Assembly (NCBI RefSeq): GCF_036321535.1
Contig: NC_087436.1
Location: 96,474,001-96,538,000 of the forward strand
Source: Camelus dromedarius
Lineage: Eukaryota
Direction: 5' to 3'
Length of the DNA stretch: 64,000 nt
The position numbers and the translations under genes were made by a program. The notes beneath the pieces are model-generated. The model did no database searches and was not told the origin of the DNA. It worked only from the letters and a program-made list of their open reading frames with translations. Below, in pieces: positions 1-12,800 of this stretch; within the stretch, counting starts at the first letter, position 1; the number at the start of each line of letters is the position of its first letter.

Positions 1-62
1 CTAGCCACATTTCAGGTGCTCCATAGCCATGTATGGCTTGCGGCTGCCCTACAGGACAGTGA
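1..62 (+). mobile_element. MER3/MER33-type hAT-Charlie MITE, 3' end (cut by window edge)
   Basis: ctagccacatttcaggtgctccatagccatgtatggcttgcggctgccctacaggacagt resembles the recalled MER3 terminus. Confidence 0.75.
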
Positions 63-240
63 AACTATAGTCATAAAAATGAAGAGCACATTTTCTGTGT
101 GTCTTTGTGGAGATGCAGCAAGGGAGGGGCAGGTATATGGGTATGAAAGATAGTATGGAGGGTGTAATCAGATGGCAGTGGTGATGGCAAGAAGGACAGA
201 AAAGCGTGTGTATGTTTAATTTTAATTGAATTTAGGAGAT

Positions 241-443
241 AGTGTAATGTAGTAGGAGTATATATTTTGGACTACGATCAAAACTCTGCTGTGTGTTATT
301 GGCCATATCACATAAGCTCTTTGAGCCTCAGATTACTCATTTGTAAAAGGGAGATAGTAATAACTGTTTTAGAGGATTGCTGTTGGGGGATTTACTGATA
401 ACATATACAGAAAAGTATTGAGTGGAGGACTCTCAATAAATGC
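241..443 (+). mobile_element. MIR SINE
   Basis: MIR core ctctttgagcctcagattactcatttgtaaaagggagatagtaata, tail ctcaataaatg. Confidence 0.8.
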
Positions 444-1494
444 AAATCTGCCTGTCCACTCTTTCCCCTCCTTCTCAGAAAACTTTGTATTTTTTCTCTT
501 CTTCACACCACTTATCCCAATGCATCCCTCCTTAAGTGCTAGTTCAATTCTCAGCTTCTCTATGAAATTAAAAAAACATTTATAATTGTTATTGAACATC
601 CTAAAAAATTGGCAAGACTATGAGACTTGATATCAAGATTAGTTCAGCAATACATTTACCAAAAGAGTCCCATTTCTGTGGTTAACATTTTGTTATCTCT
701 CTGTGGAATGCACTTTCTCTTTGCCTTTCCACATACTATTCTTTCTACTGCCTGGCTTACATTCCAACTTGCACCTGAAGCATTCTCAGACCCCTTGAAT
801 CTACAATGATCTTGTTCTTGATAAAATCATATCATTTCTATCCTGGGATTTACCAAGCTAGATTCAATGAAGCTTAGAATCTATGGCTAATTAATAGGTA
901 ATTTGCAAAAAATGTTTTATGGTCGGAAAAAATAATTTGATAAAATTCAGAGTTAAAAAATTCTAATTATTTTATTTTTAATGCTTTATAGGGTAATATA
1001 TATTGTGAAATGACAAAGGAAGAGGGGGACAATTATTTGGAGCATTTTCCAAATTTATTAATCTAAGTAAAAATTTCCTATTTTCTCTTAAACTAGCATT
1101 TCAAGGAACTCCTTTTGGGATACACAAATACATACTATGCATTATGGCAATTTAATACGTGTTTCCTCATCATCTAAAGTGCAGTTTACTTTTGTTTGTT
1201 TATGCTTGATCTTCCCAATAACAGTATCTTGATGTGCATTGAGATTTAAAGCTTAGAAGAAAATTTTCATTAATTCTTTAATTTGATATTTACAATAATG
1301 GTCTGAGCTGGTAATATTTAAGAAGAGACCTGAAGGCTTCATTCAATTTTTTAACCAAATTTGATTGAGCACTGATGTGACAGGCACCATTCTAGGCTCT
1401 GCAGATGTGGTGGTAACCAAGAGAGACTCCATGGCGGCAGACAGACATTTAACCAAACTTGCACAAAATCCATTAAGTACTTTGAAGAAGAGTG

Positions 1495-1710
1495 GTAACT
1501 GCTCATACTTATGTAACACTAAGTTCCCTGCCATAGTCTAAATACTTAAATAATTCTTAAAATAACCTAGAGGTAGGTCCTTTTATCCCCATTTGACAGA
1601 CAGAAATTGAGACACAGAGATATACAGTGACTTTCCCAGGGTCACACAGAGCCAAGATTCAAACCCCGGCAGTCTGGCTCTAGAGTTTGGCCCATGCTAT
1701 ATTGCCTCTG
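1495..1710 (-). mobile_element. MIR SINE nested in L2
   Basis: atccccatttgacagacagaaattgagacacagag...gactttcccagggtcacacag...gattcaaaccccggcagtctggctctagag. Confidence 0.85.
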
Positions 1711-2433
1711 TATATAGAAGTTGGAAGCATAGCAAGAACATGTACCTAGAGACCTCATCTAGTATGCATTACTAGAGAAAGGACTAATGTTTAAGCTGAA
1801 TCTTCAACACTGAGTAGGATTTGGCTAGTAAACCAGTGGGAAAGATAATTTTAAGCAGAGGGAAAAGCCTATGGGAAGGCTTTGAGCCAGTTTGGCACAT
1901 ACGAGGAAGTGTATAAATGCCAGACTGACTTGACCATTGTGACCTAGAGTGGAGAACAGTTCATGCTTGTCATACTTGTCATGCCATAAAAATGTAATCT
2001 TTAGGTGATGGATGGACAACAATGTGTATGTAGTACAATAGAATGGTACACTTAAAAATGGTTAAAATGTTGTGTATATTTTACCACAATAATAAAGTAA
2101 TTGAGCAAAGAGAAAGTAGATGAAGGAAAAATGATACAATTATAACAATGTTAGGACTAGATGATGAATACATGGGAAATAATTATAATATTCTCCCTAC
2201 TTTGAAGTATATTGGATTTTTTATAATAAAGTTAAAATAAATGTAGAAATGTAATTGTTAACCTAAAAATAACAGCAAGTGAATGATTTTAAGGAGAGCT
2301 ATATGATAAGGTTTTAAGATGATCACTGGATGCTGTGTGGAGAATGAAAAAGGGATTTCAGATGGTTAGGTAGAATATCATTTTGTCTATGATGGCATCA
2401 GTAGTCATGAAAAGGGATGTGTTTAACTATTTA

Positions 2434-2477
2434 GGATGGAGAATCACCAGACTTGGATGGAGAATCACCAGACTTGG
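2434..2477. repeat. Perfect 21-bp tandem duplication
   Basis: ggatggagaatcaccagactt x2 (2434-2454, 2455-2475) plus gg. Confidence 0.95.
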
Positions 2478-2704
2478 TGACTGGATACTGTGACATTTCT
2501 GGCATGAGCTATGGAGTAGATAGTGAAGGAGGTAAGAAGATAAGAAGAAAGTTGTGGAAGTGTGATGTTATAGAAGTCAAAGGAAAAGGGAGTCAATGTT
2601 GAACCCTGAGAAGAGCTCAGTAAAGTGATCACCAGATTTAGTAACACAGAAATTATTTGTAACCTTTCCTAGAGGATTTGGGTGGGAGCCAGTTAGTCGT
2701 AGGT

Positions 2705-2855
2705 TGTTGTCACAGACTGAATGTTTGTGCTTGTTTGCCCCAAATTCATATATTAAAACCCTAACCCCAATTTGATGGTATTAGGAAGTAAGACCTTTTG
2801 GAGGAAATTAGATTGAGATGAACTCACGAGGATGCAGATGGATTTGTTGTTATGG
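2705..2855 (+). mobile_element. MLT1 (ERVL-MaLR) LTR 5' fragment
   Basis: agactgaatgtttgtg...cccaaattcatatattaaaaccctaaccccaatttgatggtattagga. Confidence 0.75.
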
Positions 2856-2939
2856 GATTGGGTAGTTAAGGAAATTTCTATCCATTGATCCATTAGCTTT
2901 TATTTTTCCTGTGAAAATGTAATTAGAATTATAGTAAAC

Positions 2940-3190
2940 TTTTATTGATGGTTTATTGAAAGCAGGTGTTATTTTTAAAGATTTACATATACTGACTCAT
3001 TTACTATTTACAATAACCTTATGAAGCAGGAAATATTATTGTCTATATTTTATTCAGTAAGTAACTGAGGCACAAAAGTGTAAAAACACAAATGTCTGCC
3101 TAAGGTTGCATTTAGATAAATTGCTGAATCCTGAATACAAAAAGCTTACTTTTAGAGCCAATCTTGACTACAAGCCGCATTTCACTAAGA
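2940..3190 (-). mobile_element. MIR SINE
   Basis: acaataaccttatgaagcagg...attttattcagtaagtaactgaggcaca. Confidence 0.7.
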
Positions 3191-4294
3191 TCATCCACTG
3201 ATTGTGGAGGAGACAAAGGAGGGGTCTGCCATCTAAGGAGTATAAAGGGCAGAAAGAGTCTCTCCAGAAACTGATTGGAATGCAGTGACTGGAATAATAC
3301 GATAAGGTCATAAGGGATGTCAAGAACTCAGCAGAGACTTGGAATTACAAATTGAAAGTGCTATCAGTCAACCTGGTGATGTGATTTGCCCCAGAGGATC
3401 TGAGCTACTTGAATGCAGGCACTGAGAACACAGACTATTGGGTTACCTGAGGTTAGCACTTATTGGGTGTAGCAAAATGACAAAAAGACAATGGAGAGTG
3501 AAGGTGGCCTTAATAATCTACTGGAAAAGAGGCTTTTGGGAATACATCCGTCTTATTTAAAAAGCTCTTTCTACTATAGTAATATTTTTTCTCTTACTGG
3601 TCCTTTTTTGGCAAAGATTTTTTGTAAATAGAGCAGAGACTTACAATTCAGCTAAATTCAAGACACTGGTATAGAGAATTTACTATATGTTAACCTCTCT
3701 GGTACATGCTAGGTATTTTGAAGTAGGACTTTGCTCTTTATTTACTATTAATGCCATTGGTGCCAGCGATTCTGTCTAAAAGTAATGTGTCAGATACTTA
3801 AGGGCCTTTGCTCTGGCTTACCTATATACTCTATCTTGGTTAGGTCATATTATTGATTACTTTCAGATTTTCTTTCATGTCGCTTATGTCACTCCATAAT
3901 CAAAAAACGTTAATTTTCTAGCAATATGAACAGACCCTAAATGAACACTTCAAATTTTATTTTACAGTTTAAAAAGTTAAAATTTGCATCTGAGAAAAAT
4001 TAAAAGGAGAGTCAAACATAAAATTTTATAGATATCATGATGCATCTCAACAAAATTTTAATAATTAAGACAGCTAATTGGACAGCTCTGAATAATCTTC
4101 ATGGTTGATTGGGCATTAGCTGATCACTGTGAAAAATTTACTTTTATGCTGATTCTGATGGACTGAAATTGTGTACTGGATTCTGAGTCACAAAATTTTG
4201 ACATAGATTAAGCAATAATGAGATAGATCATTAGAAGTAATTTTACTTTGAACCTATTAATGCAATGTGTGGACCTTGATCTCTAAGGCAATAG

Positions 4295-4412
4295 GATTAG
4301 TTGTTAAAAATACAGAATCTTGGGCCCCATTCCAAATCTACTGAATCAGAATCTGCATTTTAATAAAATCCTCAGGGAATTTATATGCACATTACAGTCT
4401 GAGAAAAACTGA
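4295..4412. mobile_element. MER5-type hAT-Charlie fragment
   Basis: gggccccattccaaatctactgaatcagaatctgcattttaataaaatcctcagg...gagaaaaactg. Confidence 0.8.
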
Positions 4413-5584
4413 TCTGGTTCATCATTATAGTAATTAAGTATTGTGATGGGTTGAAATGTGAACTCACATAAAACACCCACTGGTTTTTAAGTTTTTGGTC
4501 TAGAGATGAGCTGACCATGTGTGAGTCCTGATATTTTTAAGGTAAAAGGCTAGATTGAGAGAAAAATGGGAAGAAAGAACTGGGGTCTCATTTTATATTA
4601 GACTTGATGTGACTGTCTAGTTGGCAAAAGCATCCATTCACTGTTTTGATATCCATATTCTCTGGTCTTCTTTGCAGTCAAACTCTGGCTTTCCCCTTTC
4701 CTTCTGCAGTTTTCCATGTTCCTCAATTTAAAATCTCTGATTTGCAAAAGCAATAATTTCTAGATTCTCAGCAGCCAGGTATTTATTGGGTAGAAATGAG
4801 TTAACCCAAGAGACATATGAAGTTGGCAGGATTCTGATGGTCCAGGAAATTTTGAAAATCATCATATGGGGCTCTAATTATTGGAATGGTTGACAAGATT
4901 TTTCCAGGACATGGCAGATGTTGACTCACAGGAATGAATGTGATTAACCTTCATCCAAGGTATGTTCAAGGAAAAGAGGTTGATCTGACTCATTAGTTGT
5001 TGGTTCTGAAGCAATGAAAAGTTATAGTATTTGCCCTGTCCATGCCCTTCCAAACACAGATCACCTCATTTATGTCATTATTACTCCTGAGTATTTTCTT
5101 CTTCATGTTTCTTTTTCAAAAGTGTAAAATGCCAAGGTGGGTGACCAAAATATAGTAGCTATTCAGTATATGGCAATGACAACCAAGGTAAGGTTTTCTT
5201 CTTGTCAAATATTTCTATTGAGAATTCTTATTCTTCCTCTCTGTGCTTTCTTCTTGGAGAAAAGATAATAAATGAGAGGTCAGAGCACCTGGGCAGACAA
5301 CGGAAGGCCTCCAAATAGACAGGCAAAGGCTATTTCTGTGTCTTCCCACACGATTTCCCTCTCATCTTTAGGGTCTGGGTAGAAGCTTTGAGATAGACAA
5401 CTCCTTATGGAGCAAAAGGGAGAATGCTTTATTGCTCAGTTGTTCCAGATATTAAAGTCCATTGTCATGATTTTGTATTAATGTTAGATATTTAAGAGAA
5501 TGAATTAAAGCTAGGTGCATTTGTGAATATAAAAATAAACAGCATGTTCCTATTACTGAACTGGCAAAGACAAATCATCCATTC

Positions 5585-5765
5585 TAATAATAGTAATAAT
5601 TCTTGAGGGTTCTACCATACATTATCTCCTTTAATCCTCAGGGTAACCCATATGAAAGTGGTATTATTATAATTCTCCTTGTGCAGAAGAGGAAATTGAG
5701 ACAGAGATGTTAAGAAGCTTGCTCAAGGTCATGCAGCAGGTCAGTGGCATAACTGAGATCCATTT
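5585..5765 (-). mobile_element. MIR SINE
   Basis: cagaagaggaaattgagacagagatgttaagaagcttgctcaaggtcatgcagc. Confidence 0.8.
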
Positions 5766-6371
5766 CTCTTCCCCATTGCTAATCTGCTGCCTACAATGGA
5801 ATGTGAAGATGTTTATTTATGATTTTTCCATTCCTTCCAATTATACCCTCTCATATACCTCAAAAAGCCCTTCACTACATTAAGAAAAGTTTCAAAATCA
5901 TGCTCCTTTTAATCTCCAAATAAATTTTAGAACATTTTAGCAATTATGAGCAGGAGTCGTTTTTCTTTCTGATGGCCACAGACAAGATATTGACTTAGAA
6001 TACACTATTACCTACTCAGCTTATAAAGTAAGTGAATTAAAACGAAAATTGGCTGCAAAGAGAGTCCCCCAAAGAGACTTCTCACATCCCTTAATATCCA
6101 AATACCATTAAACTGAGAAAAGTAAACAAACAAGGACTCCCTTTGGCAACGTTCTTACTTCTAATTCCCTAAGGGCTTCACGCTCTAGTCCACATCGACT
6201 GTCTCCACTTACAAGAAAGGAAAAGGAAATGGCTAAATAAATCAGTGAGCTGTTTCTTATGTGAGCTATATCAGTCATCTTATTTATTTGTCATGTTCTC
6301 CTTCTTCCTTCTTGGAGATCTTATCTCAACAGTTATTTTCTTTCTATTTTGTATCTTCAGCCTCCCTCCGT

Positions 6372-6428
6372 TGACATTTAACCATGACATTTAAACATGC
6401 CATTTAAATATGCCATTTAAATATGCCA
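6372..6428. repeat. 13-bp degenerate tandem repeat, about 4.4 copies
   Basis: tgacatttaacca tgacatttaaaca tgccatttaaata tgccatttaaata tgcca. Confidence 0.9.
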
Positions 6429-7382
6429 AATCTCTTCTGTCTTAAACAATAATGATAATAATAATAAATTCATATATTGCTCTAACTGTAGTTCTATTCT
6501 CTTTCTCTTTGCAGCCAAGCTTTTCAAAAGAGTTGTAGAAAAGTTAAAATTTCTTCTCCTCTCTTCACTGCCTAACCCACTCCAAGTCTCTTCCCAGTAC
6601 TTTACCAAACCAGCATTTCCCAAGAACACCAATGATCTAATCTTCCAATTTATTTGAGAAAAAGGTTACTTCTCAATCTACTTGAACTCAGACCAACATT
6701 TGGTATGGTTGACCACTAGCTGCTCTAGAAACCATCTTCTCCCTTTGTTTCATGGGACACACATGCTCCTGGTTTTCCTCCCATGTCTCTAACCACACAG
6801 TTCCTAGCTCTTCCTCTGCCTGCTCCTTCTTTTTTTTTTGGCACTGCTTGGGGCTCCATCTTCTCTTTCACTTTACTTCATCTCTTGAGGCAATCTTATT
6901 CATTCTCTTGGCTTCCATTTAATCACACCAATACTATCAATAATAATATTAAATGGATGATTAAAATGGGCCAGGTACTGTACTGAGTTTTCCATGTGAT
7001 TATCTAATTTATTTCTCATAACAACTCTTAAATATTTAACTCCATCTTGTGCTTTCTCCTAAGTATCAGGGCTATTTATACATATGTATGCCAGAATATT
7101 CCCTTGACTGTCTCGCAGCAAAGGCAAAATGTTCAACATGACATTCTTCATCATTCCTACTCTACTTCATCTAAAACCCATTCTTCCAAAATTGCTCCCT
7201 AAGTCAGTTCATGGTATCACCAACCACCAATTAATTGTTCAAGTCAGAAACCCAAGAGTCAAATTTTTTTGCCTCTTATGCTTAACCACTCTGTCTAATC
7301 ACTAAATCCAATTAATTTTACTTCTTAAGTATCTTTCTAATGCTTGACTTTTCTTAATTTCCATTACCCTCAATCTACTCCA

Positions 7383-7607
7383 CAGTTTCTCAACCTTCAC
7401 AGCATTGATGTGTTGGGCCAGATAATTCTTGGTTCTGGCAGACTGTCCTGTGCATTGTAGGATGGTGAGCAGCATCCCTGTCCTCTACCAACTAGATGTC
7501 AATAACAACCCTTCCTCCTTCCCCTCAGAGTTGTAACAATTAGAAATGTCTCCAGGCATTACTAAATGTCTACTGGGAAGTAATAATACCCCAGTTGAAA
7601 ACCATGG
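7383..7607 (-). mobile_element. MER20 hAT-Charlie element
   Basis: gggccagataattcttgg...ctgtcctgtgcattgtaggatggtgagcagcatccctgtcctctaccaactagatg...cccagttgaaaacca. Confidence 0.9.
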
Positions 7608-8317
7608 TTTTAGTCCCAGTTAATATTACCTCCCTCTGTATTTAATGCAGCAGACTTAACTTGTCCTAAATGGTGAAAGATGCAAATGTCACAACCCTTC
7701 TTAAAAACTTTATTTAGCTTCTTCATGCCTATAGAATAAAATCCAGAGGTCTTAAAAGCATTCCCAAGGTTTTTAAAAACAGGCTTATTGAGATATAATT
7801 TATATACAAAAGACTGCACACATCTAATGTCTCTAATTTGATGAGTTTGGACAAATGCATACTCATGAAACGAACACCACAATCAAAAGTGATAATCATA
7901 TTCATCACCTCCAAAAATTTCTTGTATGCCCCACTTTCTTTTGTAGTAAGAACACTTAACATGGGCTCTATTCTCTTAATTTTTAAGAAGTGCACAACAT
8001 AGTATTGTTAACTATAGGTACTATGCTGCCCAGTAGATCTCTAGAACATACTCATCTTGCATAACTGAAGCTTTATACTTACTAAACAACAACTCCTCAT
8101 TCACCCCCTCCACTCCCCATCCTCCAGTCCCTGGCAACCACCATTCTACTGTCTACTTCTATTAGTTTGACTGTTTCAGATACTTCATGTAAGTGGAATC
8201 ATGCAGTACTTGTCCTCCAGTGACTGAATCATTTCACTTAGCATAATGTCCTCCAGGCTTATCCATGTTGTTGCATATGACAAGATTTCCTTCCTTTTAA
8301 AGACTGAATAATATTCA

Positions 8318-8325
8318 TATATATA

Positions 8326-8359
<34 letters not shown>

Positions 8360-8400
8360 CACACACACTCACACACACACACGTATGTATATATGCATAT
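8318..8400. repeat. Compound (TG)n(TA)n(CA)n microsatellite
   Basis: Direct reading; 8331-8368 is a perfect palindrome. Confidence 0.95.
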
Positions 8401-8914
8401 GCATTCATCAGTAGACACTTAGGATATTTCCATACCCTGGCTACTGTGAATAGTGTTGAAATGAACATGGCAGTGCACATATCACTTTGAGATATTGATT
8501 TCCTTTCCTTTGGATATATACCCAGAAGTGGGGTTTCTGGATTATATAGTAGTTCTATTTTTAAATTTTTGAAGGGCCTCCATACTGTTTTTCATAGTAT
8601 TGCAACATTTACATTCCCACCAAAAATGTATAAGAATTCCAATTGTTTCATATCCTCGTCAAAACTTGTTAATTTGTTTTTTGAAAATAGCCTTCCTTTT
8701 AAAAAAAATGACTGAAATATATATGACATATAACATTGTGTGTAAATTTAAATTGTACAACATGTTAATTTCTTACATTTATATGAGGTGATGGTATCTC
8801 ATTGTGGTTGTGATTTGTATCTCTTTCATCATAGTGATGTCAAACACCTTTCATATATCTGTTGGCAATTTGGATGTCTTTGAAGAAATGTCCATTCCTT
8901 TGTCCATTTTAATT

Positions 8915-9735
8915 TACTTTTAAATTTTTATTTATTTATTTTTAATTGATGTATAGTCAGTTACAATGTATCAATTTCTGGTGTACAGCCTAATATCCCA
9001 GACATACATATAAGTACATATATTCATTTTCATATTCTTTTTTATTAAAGGTTATTGCAAGATATTGAATACAGTTCCCTGTGCTATACAAAGAAATTTG
9101 TTTTTTAAACCTATTTTTATATATAGTAATTAATATTTGCAAATATCAAACTATCAAATTTATCCCTTCCTACCCCCTTTCCCTGCTGGTAACCATAAGA
9201 TTGCTTACTATGTCTGTGAGTCTGTTTCTATTTTGTAAATGAGTTCATTAGTGTCTTCTTTTTTCTTTTTTAAAATTCTACATATGAGTGACATCATATG
9301 GTATTTTTTTTCTCTTTCTGGCTTGCTTCACTTAGAATGCCAGTCTCCAGGTCCATGTTGCTGCAAATGGCATTATTTTATTTTTTTTCATGGCTGAGTA
9401 GTATTCCACTGTATAAATATACCACAGTTCCTTTATCCAGTCCTCTGTCAATGGACATTTAGGTTGTTCCCACGTCTTGACTATTGTATATAGTGCTGCT
9501 TTATATTGCATTGGGGTGCATGTATCTTTTCAAATTTGAGGCTCCCTCCAGATATATGCCCAGGAGTGGGATTGCTGGATCATAGGGTAAGTGTACTTTT
9601 AGTTTTTTGAGGAATCGCCATATTGTTTTCCATAATGGTTGCACCAAACTACATTCCCACCAACAGTGTAGGAGGGTTCCCTTTTGTCCACACCCTCTCC
9701 AGCATTTATTGCTTGTGGACTTTTTAATGATGACT
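8915..9735 (-). mobile_element. Younger lineage-specific L1 3' end nested in the older L1
   Basis: T-rich tail, 3'UTR resembling the copy at 13515-14145, ORF2 end ([20 protein letters not shown]); possible TSD tttgtccatttt / ttttcccatttt. Confidence 0.85.
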
Positions 9736-9752
9736 TTTCCCATTTTTAAATT

Positions 9753-9758
<6 letters not shown>

Positions 9759-9820
<62 letters not shown>

Positions 9821-9868
9821 CTATTGAGTTTTTTATATATATATATATATATACAGAGAGAGAGAGAG
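9759..9868. repeat. (TA)n tract of about 30 units, then (TA)n(GA)n
   Basis: Direct reading. Confidence 0.95.
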
Positions 9869-12800
9869 CTATTGAGTTATAGGAGTTACTTATATATTTT
9901 GAATATTAAGCAATTATCAGATACATGGTCTGCACATATTTTCTCCCATTCTATAGTTTGCCTTTTAATTCTGTTGATTTGTTTCCTTTGCTGTGCAGAA
10001 GCTTTTTAGTTTGATGTCGTCCCACTTGTTCATTTTTGCTTTTGTTGATTGTGCTTTTGTTGTCATGTCCAAGAAATCATTGCTAAGACCCTGTTTTTTC
10101 TAGAAATTTTACAGTTTCAAGTCTTACACTTAACTTTTTAACACATTTTGAGTTTACTTTTGTGTATACTGTAAGGTAAGGGTCCAATTTCATCCATCTG
10201 CATGTGGATATTTAGTTTTCTCTACCCCATTGTTGAAGAGACTATCCTTTCCCCATTGTGTGTTCTTGGCAACCTTAGGGAAGATCGGCTGAATGCTTAT
10301 ACATGGGTTTATTTCTGGACTCTGTATTCTGTTCCATTGCTCTATGTGTCTGTCTTTATGCCAATATCTCACTGTTTCAATTACTTCAAGTGATCTATAG
10401 ATTCAGTGTTATCCCCATCAAAATCCCAATGCAATTTTTCACAGGAATATAAAAAAAAATTCTAAAATTCAAATGGAACCACAAAAGACTGCAAATAGCC
10501 AAAGTAATCTTGATAAAGAAGAACAAAGCTGGAGGCATTACATTTCCTGATTTCAAAATGTATTATAAATCTACAGTAATTAAAAAAGTATTCCCAAGTT
10601 TTGATTCTTACTTACTTTTCAGTTTCCTTTTGGGCTCTATTGGATTTCCTCAAATTAGCATTTTCTCAAAACACCAATGCTCTGTCATCCAGCTTCATGC
10701 TGCTCTTACTTTTGTCTTTTGCTTGGAGTATTTTCACTTCCCCCTCTCCCTTCACCTACCCTTCAGGTCTTAGCTGACATGTTACTTCTTCAAAGATATT
10801 CTCCTCAACCAGTTTCAGTGTTCCTCTATCAGACTAGGTTAAGGCCTCATGCTACCAAACCGTATGCTTTCATGACAGACTACACTTCCCTTTTCACAAT
10901 ATGGTTTTTTTGTGGGGGTGTAATTATCTACTCAATGCTTCTCTTTCCTGTCAAACTGAAAGATCCATGAGGAATAGTTACAATGTCCATCTCATACTCT
11001 GTTGTCTACTTAGAGCCTGCTACAATCCTGGGCACATATTACACACTCAGTAAGTATTTGCTGATTGAATGTTTTGGAGAGTCTATTAGAAGGAAGCAGT
11101 GGTATCTTGTAGCCTATCAGGACAGGAAATTCAGAGACATCTCAAGAGCTACTAGAAGTAGGAACATAAAGCCAGGGATCAAGGTCACATTTTCTATCTT
11201 CTGGAACCAAATGGTCTCTTGTCTCTGTTATTCTTGCACACGTGCCTTATCTGCTTCTTTCTGCACTTCACACTCTCTTCTTATCCGTGACAAATCAGTG
11301 CTGACTCCATGAGAACTCCATTACTGGCTTGTCTAGTACCAAGTAACAAGTGCTGCTAAACTGTAAGTTTTCTAAAGTGAGAAAGAAACATTAGTGGGCA
11401 ATTCAGTGGCCCCATATCCTGAAATTAATGGGGAAGAAGAACAGTGAGATATATGCCCTCATTTCTATGGCTACTTCTTTGGTTTTCCAGAAGCCAATAG
11501 AAAGAGATGTGAGGACTTAGACAATATTTCTTTTAATCTTGAGAACCTCATGGACCCTTTTCCACAGAGCATCAGAGTTTGGTTCCAAGGAAGCAAGGCC
11601 AAGAACTCTCATAATCTCCAAATGCTGACAGGGCCACCACTGAAAGCCAGCCAACATGGTCTGATTCTTTTTTCTTGTTAAATGGACACCACAGGAAATG
11701 ATCATTAGTGAAAGAACTGACTGATTTGTTTGATAGGGCTACATAGACAAAGTTGAAAAAAATTTTTAAACAGAACTAGAAATACTTTCTTAAATTTTTA
11801 ATTTTATCATAAAGGCTTGCTACGAGGCATAGGAAATTGTATGCACTGAAAAGCGTGTATGGTGGAGCAGATGCATTTAAGATGAGACACATTCAGAGAG
11901 GAAAAAGTGGGCAAATTACATGGGGGCATATGGGCTTTGGTAACACACTCAGCCAACTGTCCTCACATCTCAAGAGCGAGACACAGCTTATAATTTGGAA
12001 CAGCTGAAATCATACTTCTTTTTCGTAGATGTAGATGAAAGCTCAAATGTGATACGTCAGGCAGCAGAGGCTGCCACTTGGAGCAGTGCTGATATATTTT
12101 AGGAAAGCTAGGCCAAGGGAAACCCATAATTTTCTAAGGAAGAGATTTTGCAATCATCTTTAAACTTTCAGATGCTAATTCCTATCTTATTTCTATAACC
12201 ACCCGCTTTAGAGCATGTTTAATGAAAATAAGAGATGATGGCTGTCATATCTTAAGTGAGCTAAATTTTATCTGTGCTGAAAATCATTGTGAAATAATCT
12301 CTAACTATAAAGCTGGGAAACAGAACATTTCAGCACATGTGTGTTGAAAGAGCAGGCTCCCAGTTCTTACCACTAGAGCTGTCTTGAAAATTACTCACAT
12401 CTGCTAAAAGGGGAAAAGATTGATCTTATTCATCAGTGTTTTAAAAAATCTAAATATTTTGCAATTATGATGAAGTTTGGCCTGAAGACCTATTTTTTTC
12501 TATGTTGGTGATTAAAGACACTTTACTTTACATGAAAAATGTCTTTGATTTATGTAATACTGAAAGTAGAAATTGTATAGCATACCATGCATAATTTTAC
12601 AAATGTTAAATGGATGCTATATGCCAAGTGTTGTGCTAAATGCCTCACATGTTATCTGCCTTATGTTTACTTCTTAGACAAGATAATGATAAAGTGGCAA
12701 AAATCCCACATGAGATTACCTCTACTAAAAACTTTCCAAAAGATTCAGAAATCTACTTCAAATTTTCAGACAATAACAACACAACAGCAAAAGGATAGAG

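Larger units (their letters stand above)
1338..2700 (-). mobile_element. L2 LINE 3' region, interrupted by a MIR and an old L1 fragment
   Basis: ttcattcaa...ttgattgagcactgatgtgacaggcaccattctaggctctg (L2 tail, antisense); purine-rich L2-type body. Confidence 0.65.
7773..10583 (-). mobile_element. 5'-truncated L1 (L1MA-type) with inverted 5' segment (about 10386-10583)
   Basis: Antisense 3'UTR and ORF2 C-terminus (ORF 10190-10372 WHKDRHIEQWNRIQSPEINP), then sense ORF2 ([18 protein letters not shown]); degenerate TSD at 7754 and 10584. Confidence 0.9.
6300..11072 (+). mobile_element. L2 LINE host copy, split by MIR, MER20 and a compound L1 insertion
   Basis: Pyrimidine-rich L2 body 6300-7750 resumes at about 10603 and ends in an L2 tail cctgggcacatattacacactcagtaagtatttgctgattgaatg. 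Confidence 0.7.
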
